Source: Octopus sinensis
Lineage: Eukaryota
Reading direction: 5' to 3'
Length of the DNA: 31,829 nt
Assembly (NCBI RefSeq): GCF_006345805.1
Contig: NW_021832172.1
Span: 1 to 31,829 of the forward strand
Shown here: one piece after another, positions 31,775 through 31,829 of the stretch
Layout of the letters: each line of letters begins with the position of its first letter
Numbering within the stretch: position 1 is the stretch's first letter
The notes under the pieces: model-generated
What the model saw: only the letters and a program-made list of their open reading frames with translations
What the model was told of the DNA's origin: nothing
Databases searched by the model: none
Made by a program: the position numbers and the translations under genes

Positions 31775-31829
31775 AGGAGTGGCTGTGTGGTAAGTAGCTT
31801 GCTTACCAACCACATGGTTCCGGTTCAGT
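31775..31829 (+). mobile_element. SINE family A head (runs off the window)
   Basis: AGGAGTGGCTGTGTGGTAAGTAGCTTGCTTACCAACCACATGGTTCCGGTTCAGT. Confidence 0.88.

Overview
Eukaryotic, AT-rich, gene-poor DNA made almost entirely of simple repeats and transposable elements. The SINE families and (TA)/(CA)/(GA)/(AAT) microsatellite load look like an octopod (Octopus-type) intron or intergenic region; this is my recognition, not a database result. I find no supportable host gene, and nearly all ORFs in the track are microsatellite or SINE read-throughs. Protein-coding remnants are all from non-LTR retrotransposons: a 5'-truncated R4/Dong-type element (RT C-terminus, CCHC finger, restriction-like endonuclease) sitting in (AAT)n at 6574-8297, an older fragmented R4-type element (about 29430-31620), and two CR1-group 3' ends. 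The rest comprises five short interspersed families (my labels A-E; A, B, D and E have tRNA-derived heads), an (AAT)n-tailed family F, two Helitron-like non-autonomous elements, TTAA-type (piggyBac-like) MITEs and a MITE with an 8-bp TSD, often nested with readable target-site duplications. The most unusual signals are: (i) five minimal hammerhead-ribozyme-like motifs in short (TA)n-flanked elements, probably Penelope/retrozyme-derived; (ii) six (TA)n-flanked foldback palindromes; and (iii) a four-unit MITE array that can be rebuilt after removing five SINE insertions. Repeat boundaries were placed by eye and may be off by several bases.
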